NCBI GenBank assembly: GCA_965644265.1
Contig: OZ286460.1
Span: forward strand, 21,638,001-21,702,000
From: Glycera tridactyla
Taxonomy: Eukaryota
Direction of reading: 5' to 3'
DNA length: 64,000 nt
Every line of letters begins with the position of its first letter. The stretch's first letter is position 1. The notes beneath the pieces were generated by a model. It had not been told where the DNA came from, did not search any database, and saw nothing but the letters and a program-made list of their open reading frames with translations. Positions 38,801-51,700 of the stretch are shown piece after piece. The translations under genes and the position numbers were made by a program.

Positions 38801-41800
38801 CAGTCTAGCAAGTGGAGGGGGCATCTATTTACTCCTGAGTACACTACCCTAACCAGCACCAAAAATCACCAAGCTATTTTGATGAAAACATCAAATGACT
38901 GGTGAAAAGAAAAAACGAAAAAACCAAGGAATGAGTGGCACAGGATGGTGAAACATAAATAAGAGGAGGTACTCTAACAATCAATCTTGTGAGATCAGGC
39001 ATATTCATTCTTGAATCAATCAGCCTGCACAATGTCCAGGTGATTGACCATTATCTAGTCCAGTCTAGCTGGTCAAAAGGAAGGCCTCTACTAAACTTTC
39101 TCAATTTGGCAACAAAAAATTGTGAACATGCTATAAAATCCAGAACACATCTCTCTTCTGTTTTATAATCAATTCAGAAAAGAAGAGAAAGAAATGTGAA
39201 ACTCTTACAAAATTAGGAAGAGTGTAAATGTTAATGTTATCGCAAAGTTGAGAGCAATGAGTCTGGAGGGCAAAGTGAATGCTAAACAAAGGGGTCTCTA
39301 TAATGCTTTGAACCTGGTAAGTATCAATGAAATTGACATGCTTTCACTGAAACGATGTCATATTTTGCATCAATAATGAAGTTTTGGTGTATACTTTGGT
39401 GTAAATTTAACAAGCCAGTTATGATGTTGATCAAATACTGACAAGTAGGAGAGGCCAGCAGAAGACACACAGATACAATTTATACCACACTTGGTGAGAT
39501 TTGTGTAGGAATTTAACAAGGTCAAGCTTCCTTCGGCATTGTCTATTACCAGGGTTCACAAAGACCTATCCAGGGATTGGTACTGGGAAATGATCATTTT
39601 CTCACATAATTGGTCATTAATTGGTCATCGCGGCTGAGAGAATCAGCAGAAAATATTCCTGAGTATTACATTTCTAATTGTTGTTTGTGGTAGAAAACTC
39701 CTGATATCCGTCACCTAAAGATGGCATTTTTACTATGGTGTTATGACACTAACAGTACATACATGTATAGACATCCATTATTTACGCTGTTATTTTGTTC
39801 GTCCGCATCAGTAAAGTAATTATGTGTTGATGAATTGAAGTTATTTCAATTTAATTCAATGTCAGTCATCCAAGAGACCATGCATCATTGTAACAATGCC
39901 TGATTTAAGCAGTCATAGAATTACCCTCCCAGGAAGAAATTAGCCATCATAGCTGTCTGTTGAATCAATCAATCACTCAATCAATCAATCAATCAATCAA
40001 TGACTACACAAGATCATCTGGCCATCACCATCAGAGACCCATTACGACTCATGGCCAATATTTTCAAACTTATGCTATACTTAGTTATATGTTATCTGGT
40101 AAAAAGGTGACATCTGACCAGACTTACCATACATTCGGAATCTGAAAACATAATCAACTGAAGGTGTCATTTATTACATTCAGACATGCAACTAGTGCAA
40201 CCACATACTATGAAAGGTACCATTGTGAAGGAGGAGATGAACGATCTAGAACATCAAAACTAGGTTAGTGGAACTAGACTAGAGAGGGCGCCATCAGGCG
40301 ATTTACCTTTGCGGGCTGAGAAGTTGCACTATTTGCTTTTGGAACAGTTTTCCCACTGTTTACCTTAGCAATAATGTGGAGATCTTGAGCCACGCTTCGG
40401 CCAACCAGCGCAGCTAAGAGAGCTGCACGGATCTGATCTGAACGAGCCAGCTGCATGCGCATGTGTTCCCACCATGGTGACAATTCATTGTGGCCAACAT
40501 CCACTTCATTTATTTCTGAAAGAAATGAAAAAGAATCAGCAAACAAACTGGGACTGAGTAACATTATTACCTCTGAATTACTGCAAAAATCACTCCATCA
40601 CAGTTAAATGAGGAAAGAGTCATTCATAACTGGAAGGAAACTTTCCACACAATAAGGGCATATACATTACAACCAGCCTTGAGTGGGGTCAACCCAGTGC
40701 ATGCAAATTGGGTATCAAAAGCCTGACATGTATAGGGGAGTCTATTTCTGTATGCATGTAAAAAAAACACTGCTGTCCTTTGTAAAGAGTAGCGAATTGC
40801 CCCCAGCAGCTATATGTCTCCTTACTTCAGCATTTTTAATTTTTCAGTCAGATGGAGGTTGAAAGGATGTTAAACCCAATGACTCAACCTCAGGTGGATT
40901 ACAAAGCATTTCTAATTGACACCCTAAAACTGGGATAGGGAACCTCCTCTACCAATTATAAATAGCCCCATTCCCTAAATTTTGCTTTTAATGTTGACAG
41001 CTCTTTACTACTGTCTCCAGATACCCCTAAATTCTTCATACCCCCTGAATTCTGAATGCAGGGACTTGTCAGTCAACATCCACCTCTAATTTTTTTTACA
41101 TTCAGCGACCCCACTTCCAATTTTTTTGGTAGACTTCTACCAAACACTAACATCTGAATTAGCAGGTACTTGGCCCCTGCTGCTAAATGGAATAGCCCTT
41201 AATAGTTCAACTTAGAAAATCATACTTGTGAGTGCTGTGTGAGAAATCAGTTACTTGCAATGAAGCAAGCTTCATACCATCTTCATGTTTTCCTATATTT
41301 ATGATCACAGGTTTCAGGAAAGTAGCTGTCATGGCTTGAACGAAATATTTGTTGATGATTTCAAATGCATATATACTTGCCATATCCAGTTTCCCCTGTA
41401 ATAAAAAAATTGCATAATTTGTCATCACCAAAGATTTACCTTTGAGGTTGGTTATTGCCTGTATCAATGTGGAGAGATTGTGGGTATCTTCTAGCGTCCG
41501 TTTGTCTTCCTGGAGCCATGTATGTAGCAATAATGTCTGCAATGAGAAATATGATAATTGGATGGTGGATAATTTCAAGGTTATCTCTACCTCAACAAAG
41601 CACTCACTTGTCCAGATCACTGGTGATCCTGTAGCATTTGAGATCACTGGACGATGCTATGCTATCAGTATACATCAGTGTCTACATTGGCCGACCATGA
41701 TTGTAAGAAAACATTGGCGAGTGGCCTTTGGAGAAGGGTCAAATCCTACTGTGATCACCACTCTGGGTGGTATTTGGCATTTGTAGAGGTGGCCTCTTGA

Positions 41801-44057
41801 GCAGGATCTACCTGTTAACTCATCACCCTGCTTTACATTGAATTCCTATTGATGAAATAGATACTTCTATAGAAGTGCCGATATGCTTATCGGCATTGAA
41901 TTTCACTGTTTCTTTTATTGATATACTCTCAATTAGGATGGCTTCATAATGGACATGAAATATTTCCATTTTCTTTAAATTATGTCTCATTTCGAGAAGT
42001 TGCAGACACAGAAATGTTCAAATTACGGAGACACCAGTTCTGTTGAATAATGATGCTACATCAGTCAGGTGGATGAAGAGAATGGTGAATATTTGAATAT
42101 ATTTTATGGAACAAATGTTTGTCTTATCTTCAACAATTGATAAAACAGAGAGATGTGACCTTCAGAGCAGAGAGAGTGGAAATCAAATTGATCATCTCAA
42201 TCTCATGATCAAATAATTTCATCATACATCATGATTTTGTTTATTTCAGCATTACTATCACATTGGAACATCAATTCAACTGAACAATCCAATCGATCAA
42301 TATGACTTTTTAATCCACTTACTAATAATTTTTCTGGAGATATTGCACTATTTCGAAGGATGTTTCCAAACTGGCTATCTATCCCATTCTCTAAATGCTG
42401 CTTGAAGATGAAGTTTCCTGAAAAGAGAGATACAGAAAAATCCTGAGTGATCTGTCCCAAGTGCCCTCATGTCTGTTCTTGTGAGCAAACGATGTGACTC
42501 CTGCCATAGCGACAAATTTTCAAAACATTACATAGTGCTCTGTGAAAAATGCAGATTCAACTGCATACATATTCATTCTATATTTATTCTGATGACTTCT
42601 CTTGCTCTTTGCAAAAGCCCCCCAAAAACTGAAATATTGTTTTCTTGCATGACCATCATGAATAAAATTTGTTCAAATTAATAACCAGTCATGCATAATG
42701 AGATTTTCAGGGTAAGTATGCATGTCTCAATTCAGCACATCTCCATTGAGCCACTTGGTAACAATGGAAAGTGATCTTACAAATGAGGTGGTCTCTCTCC
42801 AAGAGTATATTTAACAATGCCAAACAATAAGTTGCATTGAAAATGCATCCTCCCATTGGAGGTGATCTCTGGTCAAGGATCTCATGGCTGCAGGAAATGC
42901 CGCCATGCCTCTCTCTGGATGCATCCCTGAATTTGAGTGAGAGGTGAGCACAAAAGTTCATTTTCTACTCACCTATTTGAGCATATTTGCTCTTCTCTTC
43001 ATCACTCTGTTCATTCAGAGATCCTTCTCGTAACAAAACACACTCTGAACACACAAGGAACTTCACAACATCCATGGGAGGATCAGGTTCAAACTTGACT
43101 CGCTTGGCGGCATTCTCCTCCGGACCATCATATTCGTCCAACTGAGTTTGCAAGCCCGTTAACTCATCGGAACTCACACCCAGTACCTTGCAGGCATTCT
43201 GAAATGAGAAGAATATGATACCAGAGTGTCAATGACACCGAAGCTCATCTGACCCTGCATCTGTAATATGCATTTGAATTTGAAAGGTGACCCAATCTGC
43301 CTAATTACCAAGTTGTGAACAAGAATTACACACAAAATATAACCGAGTTGGGTACACAATGCTTAGTTCTAAGCAATCCAAGGCATGAAGTTTGCATACA
43401 CACAGCTCATTGAGAAAGACAGGCACACCAGGGCTCCATGTTGGTCGAATATTTGAGGGCTAGCTGATCCCAAGTTGTTACAGTGAAACCTGCCACAAGA
43501 GACCCCCTGATGAGAGACCGCCTCCTACGCAAGACTACTTTTGTAGGGCAGCTTTTCTATTTGACATAATCAAATATACCTGTGATGAGAGACCACTTTT
43601 TTTTGACAGAAGGGTGGTCTCTCTTCACAGGTTCCACTATCATTGGTAGTAATTGCCAAATGTTGGTGGGCTGTCAATACATATTCAATACAAACTCTGA
43701 AATTGTTAGGGCTATTCCATTTAAAAGTAGGGAGGGGGTGGAGTGGAAGAAATTCTGAGCCCCCCCTCCCCCCGAATTCCAGATAATTGGGCACCCCCCT
43801 ACCCCCAAATTCAGCATTTTCCAGTGACCCCCCACCCCCCGAATGCTGAATATCGGCATATTTTACACCCCCCGAATTCTGAATTCGCCCCCCCCCCCCA
43901 CTATGAATTATCTTTGACCCCCCACTATGCCCGAATTTGAATCCCTTTAGACCCCCCGTGTTATATATCTGCGTCTTCATAAATGTTTGCATGGAGAGAC
44001 CTCCAGCCCCAGCCCTAAGGCATATGCATGTGAGCACGTGCACACACTTACACACAT

Positions 44058-44092
<35 letters not shown>

Positions 44093-45708
44093 CACCCTTC
44101 TCTTCTCATTCATGTATAGTCAGACCTGACTACAAGACCACCCTCAGTCGCATAAAAATATTGGTCTCTATGAAGAGGTCATTCAGTGTACAAACACTCT
44201 TGTGGTCACAGCTGAGGGTGGTCGCTGTAAAGAGTTGGCCTCGCAGGTTCAAACATGGGGGGGGGGGGGTACCAGTCACTATAATTATACCAGTTAAATA
44301 TGCTGACTACCCGTGGATGAGAACTTTATTGGTTGCCATGGTGACCAGCAATGTGGAGAGGGGTGAGTTGTCTCAGCAGGTGGCCACTATCATCTGGCCT
44401 GGAACTTGTTTGGAGTTTGCCCAGTCCATTCTTGAGCATTAGGAGCATTACCAGGGATGTGCTTTTCCCGTTTTAAAAAAAATCGGATTCCGTTTTTAAA
44501 ATTGTGTTTTCGGTAACGTCGGTTTTAAAAAGAGCCGTTTCCATGATTTTCCGCTTTAAATGTCCATTTCATCACGAAAATAGCCTTTTCTATGATTTTT
44601 CGCGGAGAAATTGCTTGAATTCCGTTTTTAAAATTGTGTTTTCGGTAACGTCGGTTTTAAAAAGGGCCATTTCCATGATTTCCGCTTCAAATGTCCAACT
44701 TCATCACGAAAATAGCCTTTCTATAATTTTCTAATTTTTAAGTTGCATGATAATCATCCAATAGCATTTAGGACTACCATCCACCACCACCCCAACTCAA
44801 GCAATACACACCACCACCACCAACCCAACCCCACCCTCAACACAACCACCACCACCCTAGTGATAGTGACAAGCCCTCCTTCAGGAATCTGGGGCAGCGG
44901 TCATAGCCACCCTTGGATTTTGGTTCCCAAAAAGTTCGTCAAATTGCCGTTATTCATGCTCTCCGCCACAACTGCCTGCAACTTATCAGCACGACTTCAG
45001 GAGGGAAACACTCTCATTTGCATAATATATGATCGTGTCACAGTTGCGCAACTCCGTCGTACTATATTCCCTACATTACCATTCCAGCTTTCAATTTTTT
45101 TATTCAATATCATGTTTGATTCACACTTGCTGGGTATGAGGTCACATGCGCCAGAACATGGTGAGGCACGGGATTGTTAGGATTGGGGTTTATTCACGTC
45201 AAAATCATGATGACGTCATCGGGGAACCCTTATCCATTGAGTTTTTGGTTGGTTTTTCATACAGGATTCGCTAAATAAACAGTGGTTTTTCATGGAAATT
45301 CCGCTTTTTTCCAGATTTCCGCGACCTTGCCGTTTTCATACCTGTTTCCATGATTGTGCCACAAAAGTGGCAATTTCCGTTAAAACCGACGTTTTTCCGT
45401 TAAAAACGGAAAAAGCACATCCCTGCATTACCCCCTTCTATTCAGAATTCAGCCCCCCAAATTCAGAATTCGCCCCTCCCCCTCTATTTGGAATGTGAGG
45501 GGTCAACATCAACACCCCCCCCCCCCCGAATTCCCATTTTTCGGACACCCCCCATCCCCCTGAATTCCATTTTTCCAGAACCCCCCTACCCCTGAATTCC
45601 AAACGAGCTTCCACTCCGCCCCTCCCCCTACTTTTAAATGGAATAGCCCTTAGTGGCCATTGAATACTATCTATTTAGATAGTACCCACAGGTAGCAATG
45701 TAGAGCAT

Positions 45709-45745
<37 letters not shown>

Positions 45746-48700
45746 TGCACACACACCTACAGGCACAGGACACTCATTTTCTTAATTAATTAGGGATGGG
45801 AAGGGCAAGGGAAGGAAAGGATGAAATCAACACCCTAGTCATTGTTAAAGAATTCAATAGCTGTTTACCACTGGAGAATCTTACATAATGATGAAAGCGA
45901 AGCATAGAGGAGTGCGTTCATTACAGAGAGGTCTCACACAATAGAGACTCAGCGAATGATATGCGTTGATTTCAGCTATTTCAAGAATGTGCACTTTTTA
46001 AGCAAATTAGGCTTGTACACAAAGCAAAGTGGCCTAATTGCCAATTTGTTAACAATAATTTCACAAAAAACATGACCAGGCTTTATGCCTAATGCTCTTT
46101 TCTCACTAATAAAACAATCATAATCAAAATCCATCAAGAATTGAAGGAGGAGATACAATTTCAGTGACCCGTGGCTAATGACCCAATTAGCCTAATTACC
46201 AAGTCATCATCGAGAAAGTCACACAAAATATGACTAGGATCTGTGTGCAATGGTTGATTCTAACCAATAAAACAATCAGAATCAAAATCCATCGAAAATT
46301 GAGGGAGGAGATACAGTTTTTGTGATTTTTAGCTGAAAACCCAATTAGGTGTGACACAATTAGCCTGATTACCGACTTGTGAGAAGGAATTTTTGAAAAA
46401 CCCGACCAAATTTTGTGGACAACGCTTATATCTCACCAATAAAACAATCAGAATCAAAATCCATCAAAAATTGAGGGAGGAGATATGTTTTTGGTGATTT
46501 TTGCATAATCACTCAATTAGCCTAATTACTAAGTCATTAATGAGAATTTTACACAAAACATGACCAGGATGTGTGTGTAATGCTTGGTTCTGTCTAACAA
46601 AACAATCAGAATCAAAATCTATCGAGAAATGAGGGAGGAGATGCAATGTCTTTGAATTGTGGACGACGACGGACAACAGACGACGGACGCCACATGATGG
46701 CATAAGCTCATCAGCCTTCGGCCAGATGAGCTAACAAAAGATATTAATACCCTCAGTGCAAAACAATTGGAAGGCCTGATGCATGATCTCATATTTTGGT
46801 TCGTAATCGAAGAAACGTCAAATGCAACACACCAAGCTGAAATGGCAACGTTCTAGGTTGTGCAAATATTTCAAAGTACAGTGAAACCTGCGACGAGAGA
46901 CCCCCTGATGAGAGACCACCTCTGACGGGAGACCGCTTTTCCAGGGCACCTTTTCTATTTGACATAGTCAAATATACCTCCGATGAGAGACCCACTCTTT
47001 TGAGAGACCGTTTTTTGGTGACATTTATTGCGGTCTCTCGTTGCAGGTTTCACTGTATTCATTAATCACATTTCCTGTTTCTGAATTATGAATCTCCAAG
47101 GTAACTCAATTTGCAATGACACTATTGAAAACAAGGCATGAATGCACAGATGGCACGCATGGCGCCGCTAATTCATCCAAGCAGCTGAATCTAGCAAGCA
47201 TAATCTTTTGCTCCAAGCATTCTCAAGTTATTGCAGTAACAAGGTCATGACCTGGGAGATGGAGATCAAGGTCACTTGCCATTTGATGGGCTTTCGCTTT
47301 CAATGGTGCATATATGGTGTAAATCTGGTGAATGTAGCTCCAAGCATTCTCATGTTATTGGAGTAACAAAGTATTTTTAATGTCAAGGTCATGACCTTGA
47401 AGGTGAAGGATGAGGTCAACCACATTTGATGGGATTATCCCCATTCATTGGTACATATCTGGCAGAAATTTGATGGATGTAGCTTGGAGTTTTCAAAGTC
47501 AAGGTCATGACCTGAAAGATGAAGGTCAAGGTGACTGACATCTGATAGGCTTCTTTTGCTTTCAGTGGTGCATATATGGTGTGAATCTGGTGAATGTAGC
47601 TCCAAGTGTTCTCATCTTATTGGAGTAACAAAATATTTTGAATGTCAAGGTCATGACCTTGAGGTGAAAGTCGAGGTCAACCACATTCGATGGGATTGTC
47701 CCCCATTCATTGGTGCATATCTGGCAAAAATTTGATGGAGGTAGCTTGAAGTTTTCAAAGTCAAGGTCATGACCTTCAAAATGAAGGTAAAGGTCACAGG
47801 TCCCCCATTCATTGGTGCATATCTGGCAAAAATTTGATGGATGTAGCTTGTAGTTTTCAAAGTCAAGGTCATGACCTTCAAAATGAAGGTCAAGGTCACA
47901 GGCAATTGATAGGCTTTTTCCGCCCCTGTCATTGCTCCTCTCACTGTCCTAGCCCCCCCCCCCACCCCACCCAGGTGCAGTCAACACCGCTGCAACTGCC
48001 ACCGCCCCATCCCCAACCATCCCCCCCCACCCCCAAGGTCATGACCTTCAAAATGAAGGTCAAGGTCACAGGTCCCCCCCCCCATTCATTGGTGCATATC
48101 TGGCAAAAATTTGATGGATGTAGCTTGAAGTTTTCAAAGTCAAGGTCATGACCTTCAAATGGCCACTCGCTGCTGCCCCCACCCCCTGCCCTGCCCTCCA
48201 CAATTTAATTAAGAGATCAGACAGCTCTGCTGATATGTGAAAAGGCTCCACTTGGTGCAAAGACAGTCATATAACCGAGGACAAAATGTGACAAGGCTCC
48301 ATTCATAGGACCGGCAGTGTCATTACATAACAGCATCGGTAATAGACACCTATTCTGCTGGTAGAAAGATGCTTTAGAATTCAGGATTCCAGCCAGAATA
48401 ACCCATCTTCCATGGAAGTTATTGGGACAATATTGATACCCCACATTCTGCCGCCCATGATCTTTATGATTGCAAAGTTTCAGAAATATTGCTTGATCAG
48501 TCACAGAGTAGTGGCTCAAAGAAAAACTTTAACCAAAAACTTTAACCAGGAAGTTCACGCCACACGGCCAAACGGCCGGACAGACAGAACCTGCGCCATT
48601 AAATAGACACGCATTTTCTTGTGGATTTGAACCTGAATCCCCAGCATGTCACCAACTACCCAGCACAACTTCTGGTACTTTCTCACTCAACAACCAATGC

Positions 48701-51700
48701 CTTTTCACTAACTGTACTTCACTGAGCTGTCTTGCTGAGTAGATGTCTTTCAGGACCTGCCAAGTATGAGATGGAAGGGATCAGCTGGTGGATAGTGATA
48801 TTGATGCTTACCAGCTGTGCAGCAGCCTCAGATGGGGGGTGAGTCTGCAGTAGTTTGACCTCACTGTAGGTCTGTATTAACCGCTCCTTGGATTTGCAGA
48901 ACTGCAGCAACATTCGACTCTCATAATCCAACTGTAACTCTTCTTCTTCCTCCTCACTTTCTCGAGCTACAACATGGATATAATCTTGAATTTATTTCAA
49001 AAGACAGGGCATGTAAGAGCTTGAATATTAAGTATATCTGGTTCCTGNNNNNNNNNNNNNNNNNNNNNNNNNNNNNNNNNNNNNNNNNNNNNNNNNNNNN
49101 NNNNNNNNNNNNNNNNNNNNNNNNNNNNNNNNNNNNNNNNNNNNNNNNNNNNNNNNNNNNNNNNNNNNNNNNNNNNNNNNNNNNNNNNNNNNNNNNNNNN
49201 NNNNNNNNNNNNNNNNNNNNNNNNNNNNNNNNNNNNNNNNNNNNACCTGTGCATGTTTGAGCGATACATCCAGATTGAAGGGTTCAGAGATGGTAATTAT
49301 TGAATGCGTCTTGGGGAGGTATTTCTATTAGACATTTAAGCCTTCACTTCTTTCATATATTCAAGCTTCCAACAGTGGATATCGCGACTAACCTTGTACT
49401 TCCAGTTGGTGGGATATTGCCCGAAGGACTGCCAGAAGGAATCCAGCAGTCAGATATTTGGTATGTAGAACACGCTCAACACCCTGTTGCTTGATTCTGC
49501 CGATTCGCATATCTAATAATGTATCGATCACCTCAGTTTGAAGACCACCTACAAAAACATTGTACACCATCAACTCAAAATGAAATGCAACACCGAGACT
49601 AATTTGAAATTTGCCATGAAAATGTAAATGACAAAGATATATCCTCATTTTCAAAGTAGGCATATAACAAATACATGTAATAAAACACAACATATAATAT
49701 CAAGTAATCAGGTCATACACGTGGAATGAAGCTATGTTTCACAATACCAATGGATTGTAGAAATTACTTCCTCAGAAATCATCTGATTTCCTGCTGTGGA
49801 TTTGAACCTGGACGACTGAAAATTCAAGTTTATCCAAGGTCCACCTCATAGTCCAGTTCAGTACAACAGAGAAAATGTGAGCAGACAACATCCTTCATGT
49901 AGAGATGTATATCAATTAAGATGTTGAAATCTGAGCAAAATTGAACACTGCATACCTCATTTTGTCAGCTTTCATAACACAAACTAGGGATTAGATCCGA
50001 TGGCTGACAAGCTGATTCATATTGGATCAAAATATCATTAATATCATTCACACAATTAGAAAGACTGCTGACCTGACTCTGTGGAAGTCTCGCGTAATGC
50101 TAATTTCAACTTTTTCAACAGATGCAAATCTCTCGCTCTCTTGCTGTTTTTATCACTGCAAGAAAGAGATATAAAAAAATATTTATTGGAGAGTGTTGAA
50201 CATGGTAGATTCATTGAGTTATCCGAACTGCAATGACAATCATCATTTATCCTGTACTTTTGCATAAATACAAATCCTGAAACCATAGAATTCACCTAGT
50301 TCGACAAGTAGATGTTAGTCTTGAAGCATACTCTGCTACATGAGCAAAATCATCAAGTAGAAACACGGATGCTTTTGCCTTGATTCATATCATTCCATTC
50401 AAAATACAGTCAAACCTCTCTATGAAGACCGGCTTCGGTCACATCAATAAGTGGCCTTCACAGGGAGGTGGTCTCTATAGAGAGGTCATTCAAAGGTAGG
50501 AAATGCTACCACAGTCGCAGCTCAGGGTGGCCTTTATAGGCAGGTGGTCTTTATAGAGGTGGTCTTTAGAGGAGGTTTGACTGTATATAGCATCATAGAT
50601 TATAGCAAATATCCTTGGATTGGGGACAGAACGACGAGATACAATTACCTGCTTCTGTAGGGGAGAGGTTTGACATAATCATCAGATGGCACCCACTAAT
50701 TCAAACCTTTTTTGAGTAGAAAAAATAGTTTCAACTGAAGTTTTCTGAAGATATAACGCTGCCAGAATACACCTGTTAAAGCCACTGAATATTGAATATA
50801 TTATTCTATGGCACACATAAACACACATGGGTTATAGCTTACCTCAAAGCCAGATGAAAGGGAATATCAATGGTTTTGACACCTGCATCGGGATCAATGA
50901 GGAAGCACTGATGCATGTGAACTTTGACCTCGTGACATGTAACGATATTGAGGCCCATCATGCCATAACCCGGGCACAGCAGATGGCAGTATTTGCTCAC
51001 ATTGAACGCGGCAACACGAGGCCCTTGTTGAGCTGTCCACACCTGCAACAAATACAAAATATTATGAACATCAGAAACAGCGGAATATGATCCAAGAAAA
51101 AATAGCAAATATCTCTAGTTATTGTTCAAGTATTTACATGATATAAGATACAATTCTAAACAATGACATGCTGTACATATGATGCTGAAGATCTAAACTC
51201 CACATTGACAAAGTGCTTGAATACAAGCACATGCATATCAACCATAATTCAAATTTGATTTTCATCAGAAACCATTGTGAGGAAACCCAATCTGCCTGAA
51301 GGGGATGCATGCACAAATACACATTAACACATTTGCCTCCCCCCTCAACCTCCCCCCCCCCCCCCCCCCACACACACACACATACTAAACCTGCATCTAC
51401 AAATGAAAAGCTGAGTTGGGACTGAAATGCACCATCCATGTCATGTGAGGTCACTATGTGCCAAGTGGCACCACCAACTCTCTTGAGGAGGAGGAGCAGT
51501 ATTTCAAAAAAATCTTATGTTTGTGGGACCATTCAAGAGGTCAGCCCCTCCAAATTGTGAAGAGACTGAGGTAAGTCTCGCGATGAACAGCAGACTGAAA
51601 TTCTGTCAACACATGAATTGAGCTGAAATATTGGACTATGTGACATTGCAGGAAATGGAAGGGCTCTAGTTGAGCTTCATCAAAAAACCCAAATGATGGA

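Larger units (their letters stand above)
43709..45649. mobile_element. Harbinger-like non-autonomous element (~1.94 kb) carrying nested insertions
   Basis: ~41-bp TIR gggctattccatttaaaagtaggg...gagtggaag; TTA on both flanks; C-rich ccccgaatt subterminal repeats. Confidence 0.75.

Noticed and set aside
43220-43260. Possible extra RAB3GAP2 mini-exon ([13 protein letters not shown])
   Set aside because: It would leave a ~23-nt intron, and the flanking exons already join in phase.
43570-48260. Gly-rich and KVMTL-repeat ORFs
   Set aside because: They are translations of C-rich MITE subterminal repeats and the CAAGGTCATGACC satellite.
27512-49815. GGATTTGAACC motifs (27512, 48623, 49797) as tRNA genes
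   Set aside because: Only a reverse B-box-like motif is present with no cloverleaf; at most these are decayed SINE heads.
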